The notes under the pieces: generated by a model | Database searches by the model: none | What the model saw: only the letters and a program-made list of their open reading frames with translations | Told to the model about the DNA's origin: nothing | Part shown: positions 1 through 16,914 of the stretch, piece after piece | How positions within the stretch are numbered: the stretch's first letter is position 1 | Layout of the letters: every line of letters starts with the position of its first letter | Assembly: GCF_009914755.1 (NCBI RefSeq) | Contig: NC_060927.1 | Reading direction: 5' to 3' (one strand) | DNA: 64,000 nt | From: the human T2T-CHM13v2.0 reference genome, Homo sapiens | Made by a program: the position numbers and the translations under genes

Positions 1-238
1 CTGAAACACCTCCAAAGAGCCTTAGGTTATCATCAAAATTACATTATTCCTAAAGTACAACCCAAATGTGTGACACAAACAGGTAGGTCCAGAGCCTAGA
101 ACTAGATTTTGTAAATGCTGTTGCAAGAGCGACAGAGGATTTGAAGTGGGAATGATGAGGTCCAGTTTGTGTTTTTGTACAGCCTTCCTGCAGGGTCTTT
201 GGATGGGGGCTTAGCAAGTCAGCAGGAGTAGAGGTGGG

Positions 239-537
239 TAGCGGGCATGGTGGCTCATGCCTGTAATCCCGGCACTTTACAAGGCCAAGGCAGGCAGATC
301 ACTTGAAGTCAGGAGTTCAAGACCAGCCTGGCCAACATGGAGAAACCCTGTCTCTACTAAAAATACAAAAATTAGCTGGGTGTGGTGGCCCACACCTGTA
401 GCCCCAGCTACTTGGGAGGGTGAGTCAGGAGAATTGCTTGAACCTGGGAGTCAGAGGTTGCAGTGAGCCAAGATTGTGCCATTGCACTCCAGCCAGGGTG
501 ATGGAGCAAGACTCCATCTCAAAAAAAAAAAAAAAAA
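239..537 (+). mobile_element. Alu (AluS-like)
   Basis: GGGCATGGTGGCTCATGCCTGTAATCCC start, central TACTAAAAATACAAAA linker, poly-A tail. Confidence 0.95.
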
Positions 538-723
538 CCAAGAGTACAGGTGGGGAAATTGAGGGAAAGGCTGTTGGTTCTAGGGAGAAAAACAGGGCCT
601 GAATGAAGTCCATGGGAGTAGGGGCTGGGAAAGAGAGCTGCTGCAAACAGGCCAAGTCCACAGAGATTAGTGACTTGGTGCATGCAGGACTCCGGCAAGA
701 AAAGAAGTGAGGACACTCGCAAT

Positions 724-865
724 CCATTCATTCACTTGTTCTCTATACATTTATTCGGGGCCTGCTATGTGTGAGGCACTGCTGTTGATGCAGAGGACAC
801 TACAATGAAGAAAACAAATATAAAATCTGCACCCTTGGAGAGCTTATACTCTAGTACAAAAGGTG
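724..865 (-). mobile_element. L2 3' end fragment
   Basis: CATTCATTCA...CATTTATT...CTATGTGTGAGGCACTG pattern typical of the reverse-strand L2 tail. Confidence 0.65.
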
Positions 866-952
866 CATAGACAGGTAACCTGGTAAATGTAAAGTATCTC
901 ACATGCATGCTAAGCCAGGAAGGAGTAGAGAGAGCAGATGGCTGCGTTGCCA

Positions 953-1378
953 CAGTAGTGTGTTTGTAAATGTTTAACAACCATCTCTCTGGGGATAAGT
1001 AAAAGATTTGTAGTGTTTGCTGTTTTCCATAATGTAAATACTCCCACCACAGCCAATTTTAAGCTCCAACGTGATGCCACTGAATGCAGATTGGGAAAAG
1101 ATGATCAGTAGCCAACCATCATAGAGTGTTTCCAATCATACAGATATGGTAGATGTAAATGATCTGAACAGCAAAGATAATAATGAAATGTAGTAAAATA
1201 ATTAAAAAGTGATGAGTTTTAAGTATTTATTTGTTTTTAATGTAATTTATTTAATTGTACACTTATATAATTTAATTTTTAATAATGACTGTAATAAATA
1301 GCCAGTTTGAAAGATTTCCAAAGTTTTAACCATCAGTTTTTGCAAGCCAGTATGAGCTGGCTCCAGGATACTACTATG
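953..1378 (-). mobile_element. MER63-like hAT-Blackjack non-autonomous DNA transposon
   Basis: Terminal CAGTAGTGTG at 953; right end reverse-complements to AGTAGTATCCTGGAGCCAGCTCATACTGG, resembling the MER63 start. Confidence 0.65.
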
Positions 1379-1715
1379 TTGCTGAAATTAGGATTATCCC
1401 ATATTAATTCTGACCTTGTTTGGGTACTCTACCAAGTTTCAGCACATTTCACTTGGCCTAACATTACAATGGTCCCTTTTCTGACAGTCCCCTTGATGAG
1501 TGATGAAGATAAGCTGGCTTAGAGTAGATGGGAGTGAGGGAAACCAAGCCTCAATGAAGTTTTCACAGCAATGACCTACACAGAGTCTGACCCATGTATG
1601 AGAGTTTATACCTCTAACTATTCCTGGGCACCCAGCATGCACACAACATTACCAGAGACACTAGTTCAAAACAGAGATGCAAAGATCTGAAAATGTTAGC
1701 AAATCAAACTTAGGA

Positions 1716-1716
<1 letters not shown>

Positions 1717-1757
<41 letters not shown>

Positions 1758-1772
1758 ATGTATGTATGTATA
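1717..1772. repeat. Compound (TA)n(TG)n(TATG)n microsatellite
   Basis: Direct reading. Confidence 0.95.
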
Positions 1773-4700
1773 GGTTCATCATGACCAAAGTGAATTCATT
1801 TTATGAGTACAAGTTTGGCTTAATAATCAAAAAGTGATATAATCATATTGTCCAAATTTAAAAAATTAAAAAAATTATCATCTCAATAAAGGTAGAAAAA
1901 TTATTTGCTAAAATTCAATACCTTGTTTATGATTCTGGAAAAAACTTTCATAAAACTAGGAAGAGATACACTTACTTAAACTAGTAAAGGATATCCTATG
2001 AAACACCTACAGCTGATATCATATTTAATGAAAAATTATTGAATGCTTCCTTTTGAGATGAGTAGTAAGAAAAGTTGCCCTCTATTATCACTTCTACACA
2101 ATATTGTATTGGAAACCCTAGGCAGTTTAATAAGCCAAAAATAAGAAATTAGAAGGTATAAAAATCGGAAGGAAAGAAACAAAACCACCATCATTTGCAA
2201 ATGACATCATTGTATACATAGGAAAAAATATAGGAAACTATGAGAATTCATAAGGAAATTTAGAAAATATGAATACAAGGTTAATATTTTAGAAGTTGTA
2301 TTTCTACATATTAACAACAAACAATTAGAAAATGAAATGTAAAACAATGCCATTTATAGTAACAAAAATAGAAAAATCTAATGAAAAATGTGCAAGACCT
2401 CTACACTGAAAATTACAAAACATTGGCAAAAGACATGGAAGAACTAAAGAAATACAGGGCTCTACCGTGTCAATTGGATAATTCAATATTGTTAAAAGTG
2501 TCAGTTCTACCCAAAGTAATCTGTATAGTCAATGCAATAACCAAACAAATTTTCTGAGCTTTTTTTGTGGAATTGACAAGTTGATTCTAAATTCATTTGA
2601 AAATGCAAAGGACCTAAAATAGCTGTAACAATATTAGAAAAGAAAACAATGTCAAGCCAAGATGGCCAACTAGAAACAGCTAGTATGTGTGGCTCTCATG
2701 GAGAGGAACAGAAGGCGTGAGTAAATACAACACCTTCAATTGAAATATCCTGATACTTGCATTGGGACTAATCAAGGAAACAACTTGACCCATGGAGAAT
2801 GAACAAAAGCAAGACAGGACAGTGACCCACCCGGGAGCAACACAGAGCCAGGGAGACCCTCCCCTGCCCAGGGAAGTGGTGAGTGAATGTGAAACCCCAG
2901 GAAACCACACTTCTCCCATGGATCTTTGCAACCCTCAGGTCAGGAGATCTCCTTGTGAACCCACTCCACAGGGGCCTTCAATCTGATAGACAGAGCTATG
3001 TGGACTCTTGGCAGAGCAGCTGTTCAGGCATGTATGGAGAGCCTGGAGACTTAGATACTTGGGCTTTCCAGCAAAAAGTAGCTGCAGGTCCAACAAAATG
3101 GGAGATTAGACTCCCATACATACCCCTAGGAAAGAGGCTGAATCCAGGGGGCTGAGCAGTGACAACCTGCAGGCTCCACTTCCACGGCACTTCACAAGAT
3201 AAGACCCACTAACTTGGAATTCCAGCCAGCCACCAGTAGTGGCATTGCACCTCCATAAGAAGGAGCTCTTAGGGGGAGGGGTTGAACACTATCATTGCTG
3301 TTTGGGCACCTTAGCCATTCCAGGCTTCAGGCTGTGGAGAGTCTGAGCCAACAGAGGGCAGAAGGGATCCCCCACAGCACAGTTGCTCTACCAAAACATG
3401 GCCAGACTGCTGCTTTAAGCAGATGCCCGATCCTGTTCCTCCTCACTGGGTGGGGCATCCCAACTGAGCGTCCAGCCACCCCTGCCCATGTTCACCATCT
3501 GACAGAGATTTGAATTCTCCTCGGACAGTGCTCCCAGAGGAATGGGTGGGCCGCCATCTTTCCTGTTTAGGCCACTTAGCCAATCCAGCCTTCAGGCTTT
3601 GGAAAGTGAGCAACTGGAGGCAGAAGGGATCCCCCAGCACAGCACAGCTGCTCTACCAAAATGTGGCCAGACTGCTTTTTTAAGTGGGTCTTCAATCCCA
3701 TTCATCCTCACTGGGCAGGACCTCCCAACCAGGGTCTCCAGCCACCTCCTACAGTTGCCTTTGAGCTGGCAACAGGCCTGTACATTTTTGGAATGAAGTT
3801 CCTAGAGGGTGGAACAGGCTGCCATCTTTGCTGTTTTGCAGGCTTCACTGGTGATACCTCCAGATACTGGAAAATGTAAGGTGACTGGAGTGACCCTACA
3901 GAAAAGCAGCCAGACTGTTACATGGGTGCCCATTCCCATATCTCCTCACAAGGCAGGTCCTCCAGGCCTGGGCCTCCAGCCACCCTACGCCAGAGCTATC
4001 GAACCACTAGCAACTCAGCGATTCCCTGAGCAGAGCCTCCAGGGACAACTGAAAGCCTCTCTGCCACTGCCTCTGCAGTGGAACTGCCCTTGCCACCCTC
4101 TGACTAACGAAGGTGTAAAGACCCTAAGTGCTTTATCCATACTTCCAACAAGCTGCAGTCAACCTAAGGAGAGGAGGCCAGTCTGTCTCCCATGGGTTCC
4201 ACACACCTCCCGCTGCTCATCACCAGACAGGGAATCCCTTGCTTGGGCCCAGCACATACCCTCCATCCTGGGCTGATTGCACTGAGCAATTGCTGACCCA
4301 AAGCTCTCCGAGGTGGAGTTCCCAGGAGACAAGCAAATGACCCTTGGCCACAACCACTACTAAGATCTCTTCCTCTGCTGCCTTCAAGTTGGGGAAGAAA
4401 CATAAACACCGAGAGAGCCCCAGAGCTACAGTGAGCAGCCCAAGAGTGCCAAGTCATGATCTACACAGTCAGGACTCAAGGGGAAGAGGAACCCAAACTT
4501 TCAGAGCATTGAGAGGTGACTTGGCTGCAATTGTGAGGAAACACAGGGGAGCCACACAACCAAGCAAGAGTCTCCCAACTGACCAATAAGCCTAAGTGCC
4601 ACCTGCTGGCTCACACCCCAAAGCTTCAACACCAAAAATACCTCACTAACATACAATTCTCTGAAACAAGGGACAGGAAGTCAGCATCAAATAAAGACCC

Positions 4701-4795
4701 TGCACAAAGCCTCGGCCCAGTGAAAACATTCAGAATAAAAGTCTATTGACTGTACTCAGTCTACACTGCAGTCAAAGGAATACCCACATGCAGAG

Positions 4796-8456
<3,661 letters not shown>

Positions 8457-8749
8457 ATGATGAGAACTTATGAACACAAAGAAGGAAACAACAGATACTG
8501 GGGTCTATTTGATGGGGGAGGGTGGGAGGAGGAAGAGGAGCAGAAAAGTTAACAATTGTGTACTGGGCTTAATGCCTGGGTAATGAAATAATATGTACAG
8601 CAAACCTGTATGACATGTGTTTACCTATGTAACCTTCACATGTACCCCCAAACCTGAAATAAAAGTTAAAAAATAATAATGAAGAAAAGAAAAACAAAAT
8701 AGGAAACTTACATTACCAGATACTGAGAAAACTATGAAGATATGATGAT

Positions 8750-9146
8750 TGTTACGGTTTGAATGTGTCCCCCAAAGTTCATGCATTAGAAACTTAATTC
8801 CCAATGCAACAATGTTGAGAGATGGGGCCCTTAAGAGGTGGTTAGGTCGCGAGGGCAGCCCTCATGGATAGATTAATGTTGTTACCTCGAGAATGAGTTA
8901 GTTATCATAGGAGTGGTTTCCTGATAAAAGGATGAGTTTGACCCTCTTCCCTCTCTTTTTCTGGCGTGTGCTGTCTTGCCCTTCTGCCTTCTGCCATAGG
9001 ACGATGCAGCAAGAAGGCCTTTGCCAGATACAGGCCCCTTGACCTTGGACTTCCCAGTGTCCAGAACTGGAAGAAATAAATCTCTATTCTTTACAAATTA
9101 CCCAGTCTCAGATATTATGTTACAGCTGCACAAAATGGACTAAGAT
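8750..9146 (+). mobile_element. MaLR solo LTR (MSTA/MSTB-like)
   Basis: TGTTACGGTTTGAATGTGTCCCCCAAAGTTCATG start, AATAAA, ends AATGGACTAAGATA; ATGAT/ATAAT TSD-like flanks. Confidence 0.85.
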
Positions 9147-10082
9147 AATAATTAAGATAGTTTGATATTGGGGTAAGCATAAAAACAAATAGACCAGTGA
9201 ATAGAACTGAGTCCAGAAACAGACCCACACTTACATGGTCAATCGTGTTGCTGCAATTCACTGGGGGAAAGATGGTGTTTTCAACAAATGGTACTGGATC
9301 AATAGGATATCCATATAGAAAAAAACATGAATCCTCACCCCTACCTTACACCATAGACAAAAACTAAATGGAAAGTGATTATAAACCTAAATATGAAAGG
9401 CAAAACAGCAACAACAAAAAAACTCCTAGAATAATACATAGGAAAAAAAAACCTTTATGTTTTTGGGGTGGTCAAGGCTTTCTTAAACAGAAGACAGAAT
9501 GCAGTAACAATTAAGAAAAAGACTAACACAGTGAACTTCATTGAAATTAATAACTTCTTTTCATTAAGAATCACATTAAGAGAGTGAAAGACAAGGCACA
9601 GTCTAAGAAAAGATAGTTGCAATATACATAACTGATAAAAGAGAGTATTCTTAACACTCCCAAATTGGAAACAATCCAAATGGCATCATTGGTAGAAAAC
9701 AAAAATAAATAGTGGCATATTCACACAGTGGAATACTATACAACAATTTTCAGCAAAAGAAACACACTGCTGCTACACACCACATAGATGAAGCTCATGG
9801 AATGTTGAATAAAAGAAGCTACGCATAAAAGATTATATGATTCCGCTTAGGTGAATTCAAGAACAGGCAAACGTTATCTATGATTGTGGAAGTCAAAATA
9901 GTGTTACTTTGGAGGGAGAGAGGCATGTTATTGATTTTGGGAATGAGCATGAGGGAGCTTGCTGGGGTCCTAGAAAAGTTTCACATTTCTATCTGGGTGA
10001 TGATTATATGAATACATACATATGTAAAAATGCATCAAACTATGTACTTAGGATTCGTGTACTTTGTTTTAGTACACCTAAG

Positions 10083-10395
<313 letters not shown>

Positions 10396-11210
10396 CACTG
10401 AAGTTTCTTTTTTTTTTTAAGGAGGAGGGAGGAGTAACATCCCCAAACTTCTGTGTTTAAAAAGTTACTACCTTCTCACTAGAAATTCTTTGGACTCAAT
10501 GCAGTGTTTCCCTTGGCAGTAACTACATCTGAGCAGGGAGATGGTTCCATCGCGGAAAAAAGAAAGGGGGCTGAGAGATTTGAAGATCTGGAAGAACAAA
10601 GAATCCTACTGTCTAGTGAAAACAACTCCCAGAGCTAACGCCCTAGAAGCACTCACAGGAGTTCAACATCTGTTCAGTGACTCCCTGCATCAAGTGACCT
10701 CCTATAAAGCAAGTGTGGGTGCTCTCAGGAGCCCAACTGCACACAGGCCATACGTTCTAAAATTGCGAATTTTCATCTAAAATGCACATTCTTTTCCTGG
10801 ATAATGATTATGTTACACAACAGCCTCTGGGATTTCCACAAAGAGCTAAACAGGATATCACTGCCCACTAGCTAGAGAAAAATCAGTCTTTTTTTTTCTT
10901 TTGTAAACAGAGAAGATACGCCTTTTCTTTTTCCTTTTCTTAAAAAAAAAAAAAAAAAATCTCCCGGCAGGTAAATCAATTCACTTTTCTCAATGTGTAG
11001 GCAGTCCCATATTCCTCACCAATTCCTCCAAAATTTTCAGATGAAGTTGCTAGGACTGGATTTGAATTATTAGAAATATAAAACAGAGACCAAAAAAAAA
11101 TCCATTTCTTGTAGAAATACAAACACATATCTTCAGATGAAATGGCATGATATTTGGGACTAGGGGCAAGGAGAATGGATGGGGATATAAAGATGAAACA
11201 GAATTGTCAA

Positions 11211-11577
<367 letters not shown>

Positions 11578-13362
11578 TTATTATACTCTTTGTTCTAATC
11601 TTGTTTGAAATTGCCCATAATAATTATAATAAGAGAATTCTCTGCGGGTGAATTGATTTGGAAGGTTGAGCATTTACATATGATCACATGAGTTTATAAT
11701 CAAGGAGATCCTGACTGATTTAATCAACTTGCCATTTCTCATCAAGCTTGGAAAATGAAAATAAAATTCCCTGATTTGATACCCAAGTCCCTAATTATTT
11801 TCTGCTTTCAATTGTTCTTCACTAACTGGTGTCCAAGCTTTGAGTTTAATATCTTGTTATTTTCATTTTTGATTGCTAAAGAACATATTGGTTCTTCTGT
11901 ACTCTTTTTTACCTGAATTCTTTCAGTTAAATAACAGCATAATTATACATGTTTTTAATGCGTAGCAATAGTAAATTCCTTTTTATTGCTGAGTAGTATT
12001 TCATTGGATAGATATACTACAGTTTGTTTATCTGCTCACCATTGATGGGCATTTGGGTTGCTTCTGGTTTGGGGCCATTACAAATAAGGCAACTGTGAGC
12101 ATTAATGTTCCGACATAGACTTTCTTTTCTCTTGGGTAAATACCTAGGAGTGGAATGGCTGGATCAAATGAGAGGTGTATGTTTAACTTTTTAGGAAACT
12201 GCCAAACTGCTTTCCAAAGTTTTGTCATTTTACATTCCCACCAACAGTGTATGAGAGTTTTACTTCCTTCACATCTTTGCCAACATTTGATATGATCAGA
12301 CTTTGTAGTTTTAAGTATGAAGTGGTATTTCATTGAGTTTTTAATTTGCAGATCCTTAATAACTAATGAGCTTGAGCATCTTTTCATATGTTTATTTAGC
12401 ACTCATACATCTTTTTTTGCTGAAATATCTGCTCAAATCTTTTTCCCATTTTTAATTGGTTTGTTTGTTTTTAATTAAGTTTTGAGAGTTCTTTACATAT
12501 TCTGGATGCATATTCTTTATAAGATATATGCTTTATTTTCTCCCAGTGTGTGACTTGTCTTTTCATTCTCTTAACAGTGTCTTTCAAGAACAGAAGTTTT
12601 TTACTTTAATAAGGTCCAGATCAATAATTTATTCTTTTATAGACTATGCTTTTAGTCTCTTATTAAAGAAATCTTTGCCTTACTCATGATTCCAAAGACT
12701 TGCATCTGTATTTTCTTCCAGAAATTTTATAGCTTTAGGTTTTATATTTAGGTGTTTGATCCACTTTGAGGAAATTTTTGTATATTTTACCTTAGAGGAA
12801 TTGATCAAAGTCATTTTATTGAGTGCATATATCCAAATGTTCCAGCACCATTTGTTGAAAAGACTGTCCTTTCTCCACCCAATTGCCTTTGCATCTTTGT
12901 AAAAACTGAATTGTCCCTATGTGTATGGTCTTTTTATAGACTCTTTATTCTGTTCCATTGATCTATTTGTCTTTCCTGATGCCAATATTATGCTATCTTG
13001 ACTACTGTAGCTTTATAATAGGTCTTGAAATCAGATAGTATTAATCCTCCAACCTTGTTCTTTATGAAAGTCATTTTGACTATTCTAAGTCTTTTGTATT
13101 TCCATATAAACTGTAGAATCAGCTTGTCAATATCTCCCAAAAAGAAAATTTACTTGGATTTCAGTAGAAATTGCATTGCATCTATAGATCAGTTGTGGAG
13201 AGAATTGACATTATTGAGTCTTCTACTTTGTGAAAAAAAAAATACCTTTCCATTTATTTAGGTCTTTTTTAATTTCTCCCAAAAGTGTTTACTAGTTTTA
13301 GCGGACAAGACTTGCACTTCTTTTGATAGATTCACCCCCAGATATTTAATATTAATTTAATA

Positions 13363-13437
13363 TTAAATCGGTGTAAAAGCAATGGCAGTTTTTGCCATTA
13401 CATTTTAAAAACCGCAATTACTTTTGCACCAGCCTAA
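13363..13437. mobile_element. MADE1 mariner-derived MITE
   Basis: Palindromic about 75 bp GGTGTAAAAGCAATGGCAGTTTTTGCC...AAAAACCGCAATTACTTTTGCACCAGCCTAA flanked by TA. Confidence 0.88.
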
Positions 13438-13984
13438 TATTTGTTGATGTTATTGTAAATTTTTAAACACTTTTCTACTTTGGATTCTTGGTTGCTGACA
13501 TATAGAAAACCAATTGATTTTTATATGTTGATCTTGTATCCTGCCAACATTGCCACAGTAGAAAATTTTTACCTATTAGTTCCATTGTCTTTTTGCAGAT
13601 TTCACTAGTTTTTGTACATAATCGATCATGGTGTCTGCAAATAAGGACAGCTCTACTTCTTCATTATCAATCAAGATGCCTTTTATTTCCTTTCCTTGCC
13701 TTATTGCATTGGCCAGACCCTCCAGTACAATGTTGAATAGAAGCAGTGAGGGAGGACATTCTTGTTTCATACCTGCTTTTAGTGACGTAAGTATTCAGTC
13801 TTTCACTGTTAGCTAAGATGTTAGCTGTTTTTCATAGCTGGCTTTTAACAAGTTGAGAACATTCCCCTTAGAAGAAATGCTAGTTTGTTGTTGAGTTTTA
13901 ATCTGGAGTGGATATTGGATTTTATCAAATGTTTTTTCTGCATGTACTGAGATGATTATATGGTTTGATTTTGCTTTTAGTTTG

Positions 13985-14295
13985 TTTATTATTTATGTAT
14001 TTATTCATTTATTTCTCGAGACAGGCTCTCATTCTGTTGCCTAGGCTGGAGTGCAGTGACAGGATTATAGCTCAGTGCAGCCTCAGATTCCTGGGCTCAA
14101 GCAATCCTCCCGCCTCAGCCACCCCAGTAGCCAGGAGTACCAAGTGCATACCACCATATCCAGCTACTTTTAAATTTTTTTTGTAGACCTAGAGTCTCAC
14201 TATGTTGCACAGGCTGGTCTTGAACTCCTGGTTTCAACCAACCTTCCCACCTCCCCGAATTTTGGGAATACAGGCATGAGCCACCACGCCTGGCC
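13985..14295 (-). mobile_element. AluJ-like
   Basis: TCCTGGGCTCAAGCAATCCTCCCGCCTCAG J-type diagnostics; highly diverged. Confidence 0.9.
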
Positions 14296-14664
14296 GTTGT
14301 TAGTTTATTAATGGGGAAAATTGCATTAATCATTTGTGACATGTTAAACTAACCTTGCATTCCTGAGATAAACCCTACTTGGTAATAATTTGTTATCTCT
14401 TTTTACACATTTTTATTAATTTGCTAACATTTTGTTTTAAAGTTTTGTATTTGTGTTTGTGAGGGATACTAGTCTGTAGCTAACGTCTCTTGTAATGTCT
14501 CTTATCTGGTTTTATGTAAGGGTAATATTGGCCTCAAAATGAGTTGGCAAGGATTCCCTCCTTTTCAATTTTCTGGAAGAGTTTGTGTATAATTTTAATA
14601 CTATTTCTTTCTTAAATATTTTATAGATTTCATCAGTGAAGCCAACTGTGCCTGAATTTAATAC

Positions 14665-16527
14665 CTGTTATGGGGATCTATGATCAGTAATCTTTGATGT
14701 TACTATTGTTTTGGGACACCATGAACCACACCCATATAAGATGGCAAACTTAATCAATAAATGTACGTGTTCTGACTTTTCTACTGACCAGCCATTCTCT
14801 GTCTCTTTTTCCTCAGGCCTCCCTCTTCCCTGAGAAACAGTATTGCCATTAGGGCAATTAACCCTACAATGGCTTCTAAGTGTTCTCACTTTAAAAGCTA
14901 GAAATTTCTCACTTTAAAAGCTAGAAATAATTAAGTTTAGTGAAGAAGCCATGCTAAAAGCCAAGACAGGCAAAAATCTAGGCCTTTTTCACCAAATAGC
15001 CAAGTGGTAAGTGCAAACGAAAAGTTCTTGAAGAAAGTTAAAAGTGTTATGTCAGTGAACGCATGAATGATAAGACAGCAAAACAGGCTTATTGCTAATA
15101 TGGAGAAGTCTGAGTGGTCTGGATAGAAGATCAAACCAGCCACATTTCCTTAAGCCAAAGTTCAATCCAAAGTAAGGCCCTAACCTAATTTTATGAAGCC
15201 TGAGAGAGATGAGAAAGGTGCAGAAGAAAAGTTGGAAACTAGCAGAGATTGGTTCCTGAGGTTTAAGGAAAAAAGCCATCTCCAAACATAAAACTGTAAG
15301 ATGAAGCAGGAAGTGCTGCTGAAGAAGCCACAGAAAGTTATTCAGAAGATTTAGCTAAGATAATTGAAGAAGATGGCTACACTAAACAACAGATTTTCAT
15401 TGTAGACAAAACAGCCTTCTATTAAAAGAAGATGCCATTTAGGACTTTCATAGCTAGAGAGAAGTCAATGCCTGGTTTCAAAGCTTCATAGGACAGGCTG
15501 ACTCTCTTGTTAGGAGCTAATGCAGCTGGTGACTTTTAAGTTGAAGCCAGTGCTCATTTACCATTGCAAAAACCCTGGAGCCCTCAATAATTATGGTAAA
15601 TCTACTCTTTCTGGATGATAGCACAACTGTTTCCAGCATGGTTTACTGAATGAGTATCTTAAGCCCACTGTTGAGACCTACTGCTCAGAAAAAAAAAATC
15701 CTTTCAAAATATTACTGCTCACTGACAACACACTTGGTCACCAAGAGCTCTGATAAACACGTACAAGGAGATTAATGTTGTTTTCATGCCTGCTGACATG
15801 ACATCCATTCTGCAGCCCTGATCAAGGAGTAATTTTTAACTCAAGTCTTATTATTTAAGAAATAGATTTAATAAGGCTGTAGCCGCCATAAATAGTGATT
15901 CCTCTGATTGATCTAGGCAAAGCAAATTGAAAACCTTCTGGAAAGGATTCACCATTCTAGATTCCCTTAAGAACATTCATGATTCATGGGAGAAGGTCAA
16001 ATATCAACATTAATAGGAGTTTGAAAGAAGTTAATTCGAACCCTCATGGATGACTTTGAGGGGTTCAAGATTTCAGTGGAGGAAGTAACTGCAGATGTAA
16101 TGGAAATAGCGAGAGAACTAGAATTAGAAGTGGAGCCTGAAGATGGGACTGAATTGCTGCATTAATTATCAGATAATTATTAAAAGATATTATTATTAAA
16201 TATTAAATATTATCTTTTAATTATCAGATAATTAAGGCATGTACATTTTTTAGACATAATGCTATTTGTGTAGTGTATGTAAATGTTATGTTTATACTAT
16301 ACCATAGTCTGCCATAATAGATTATGGGTGAGCTAGCCTGGTAACTAGCTATGTTATGTTTATACTCTACCATAGTCTATTGGTGACTCACCATAATAGA
16401 CTATGGTATAGTATAAACACTTATATACACTAGAAAGACAAAAAAATTGTGCAACTCACTTTATTGTGATATGTGCCTTATTGCTGGGGCCTGGAACGGA
16501 ACCCACAGTATCTCTGAGGTACGTCTG
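14665..16527 (+). mobile_element. Tigger1 (pogo-like) DNA transposon, 5'-truncated and internally deleted
   Basis: Transposase start ATGGCTTCTAAGTGTTC near 14869, core GACAGGCTGACTCTCTTGTTAGGAGCTAATGCAGCTGGTGAC, right TIR TATCTCTGAGGTACGTCTG followed by TA; no left TIR. Confidence 0.9.
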
Positions 16528-16529
16528 TA

Positions 16530-16900
16530 CTTGAGGGAGATCCCCCTGTCCATTACCAGGTTCTTTCTCTGTGCCACTCCCTCCTCTTCAGTGCTCTGCC
16601 CTGTGAACTCTAGCCACCTTGGCCTCCCTGGACTAGCAGCTCCATGTCCTCAAGTGCAGAGATACCACCAGGCTCCACTCGGGGTTGTTCTCTTTGCACC
16701 ATGTCCTGGAGCCTCTCTTAAAGCAGTAAGCTGGTGCAATTCTAGGCCTCACCTTGTATCTCTTCTGTCGTCCAGAGAACATTGTCCTTAACAGGCAACA
16801 GCCTGATGTACAGTGTCTTATTTCATATGTCTTGTATATATTTTTCTGTTTGCTTGGGGTTTTTTGCTTCAGAGAGGAAGTTCAATCCAGTCCCTGGCCC
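16530..16900 (-). mobile_element. Probable old L1M 5' region fragment
   Basis: Resembles reverse-strand L1MC/L1MD 5' sequence; probably the continuation of the 11900-14655 element. Confidence 0.45.
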
Positions 16901-16914
16901 TCCATTTTTTTCTG

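Larger units (their letters stand above)
11900..14655 (-). mobile_element. Old L1M (L1MC/L1MD-like) ORF2 and 3'UTR
   Basis: Minus-strand peptides NKHMKRCSSSL...DPAIPLLGIYPRE and [23 protein letters not shown]. Confidence 0.85.
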
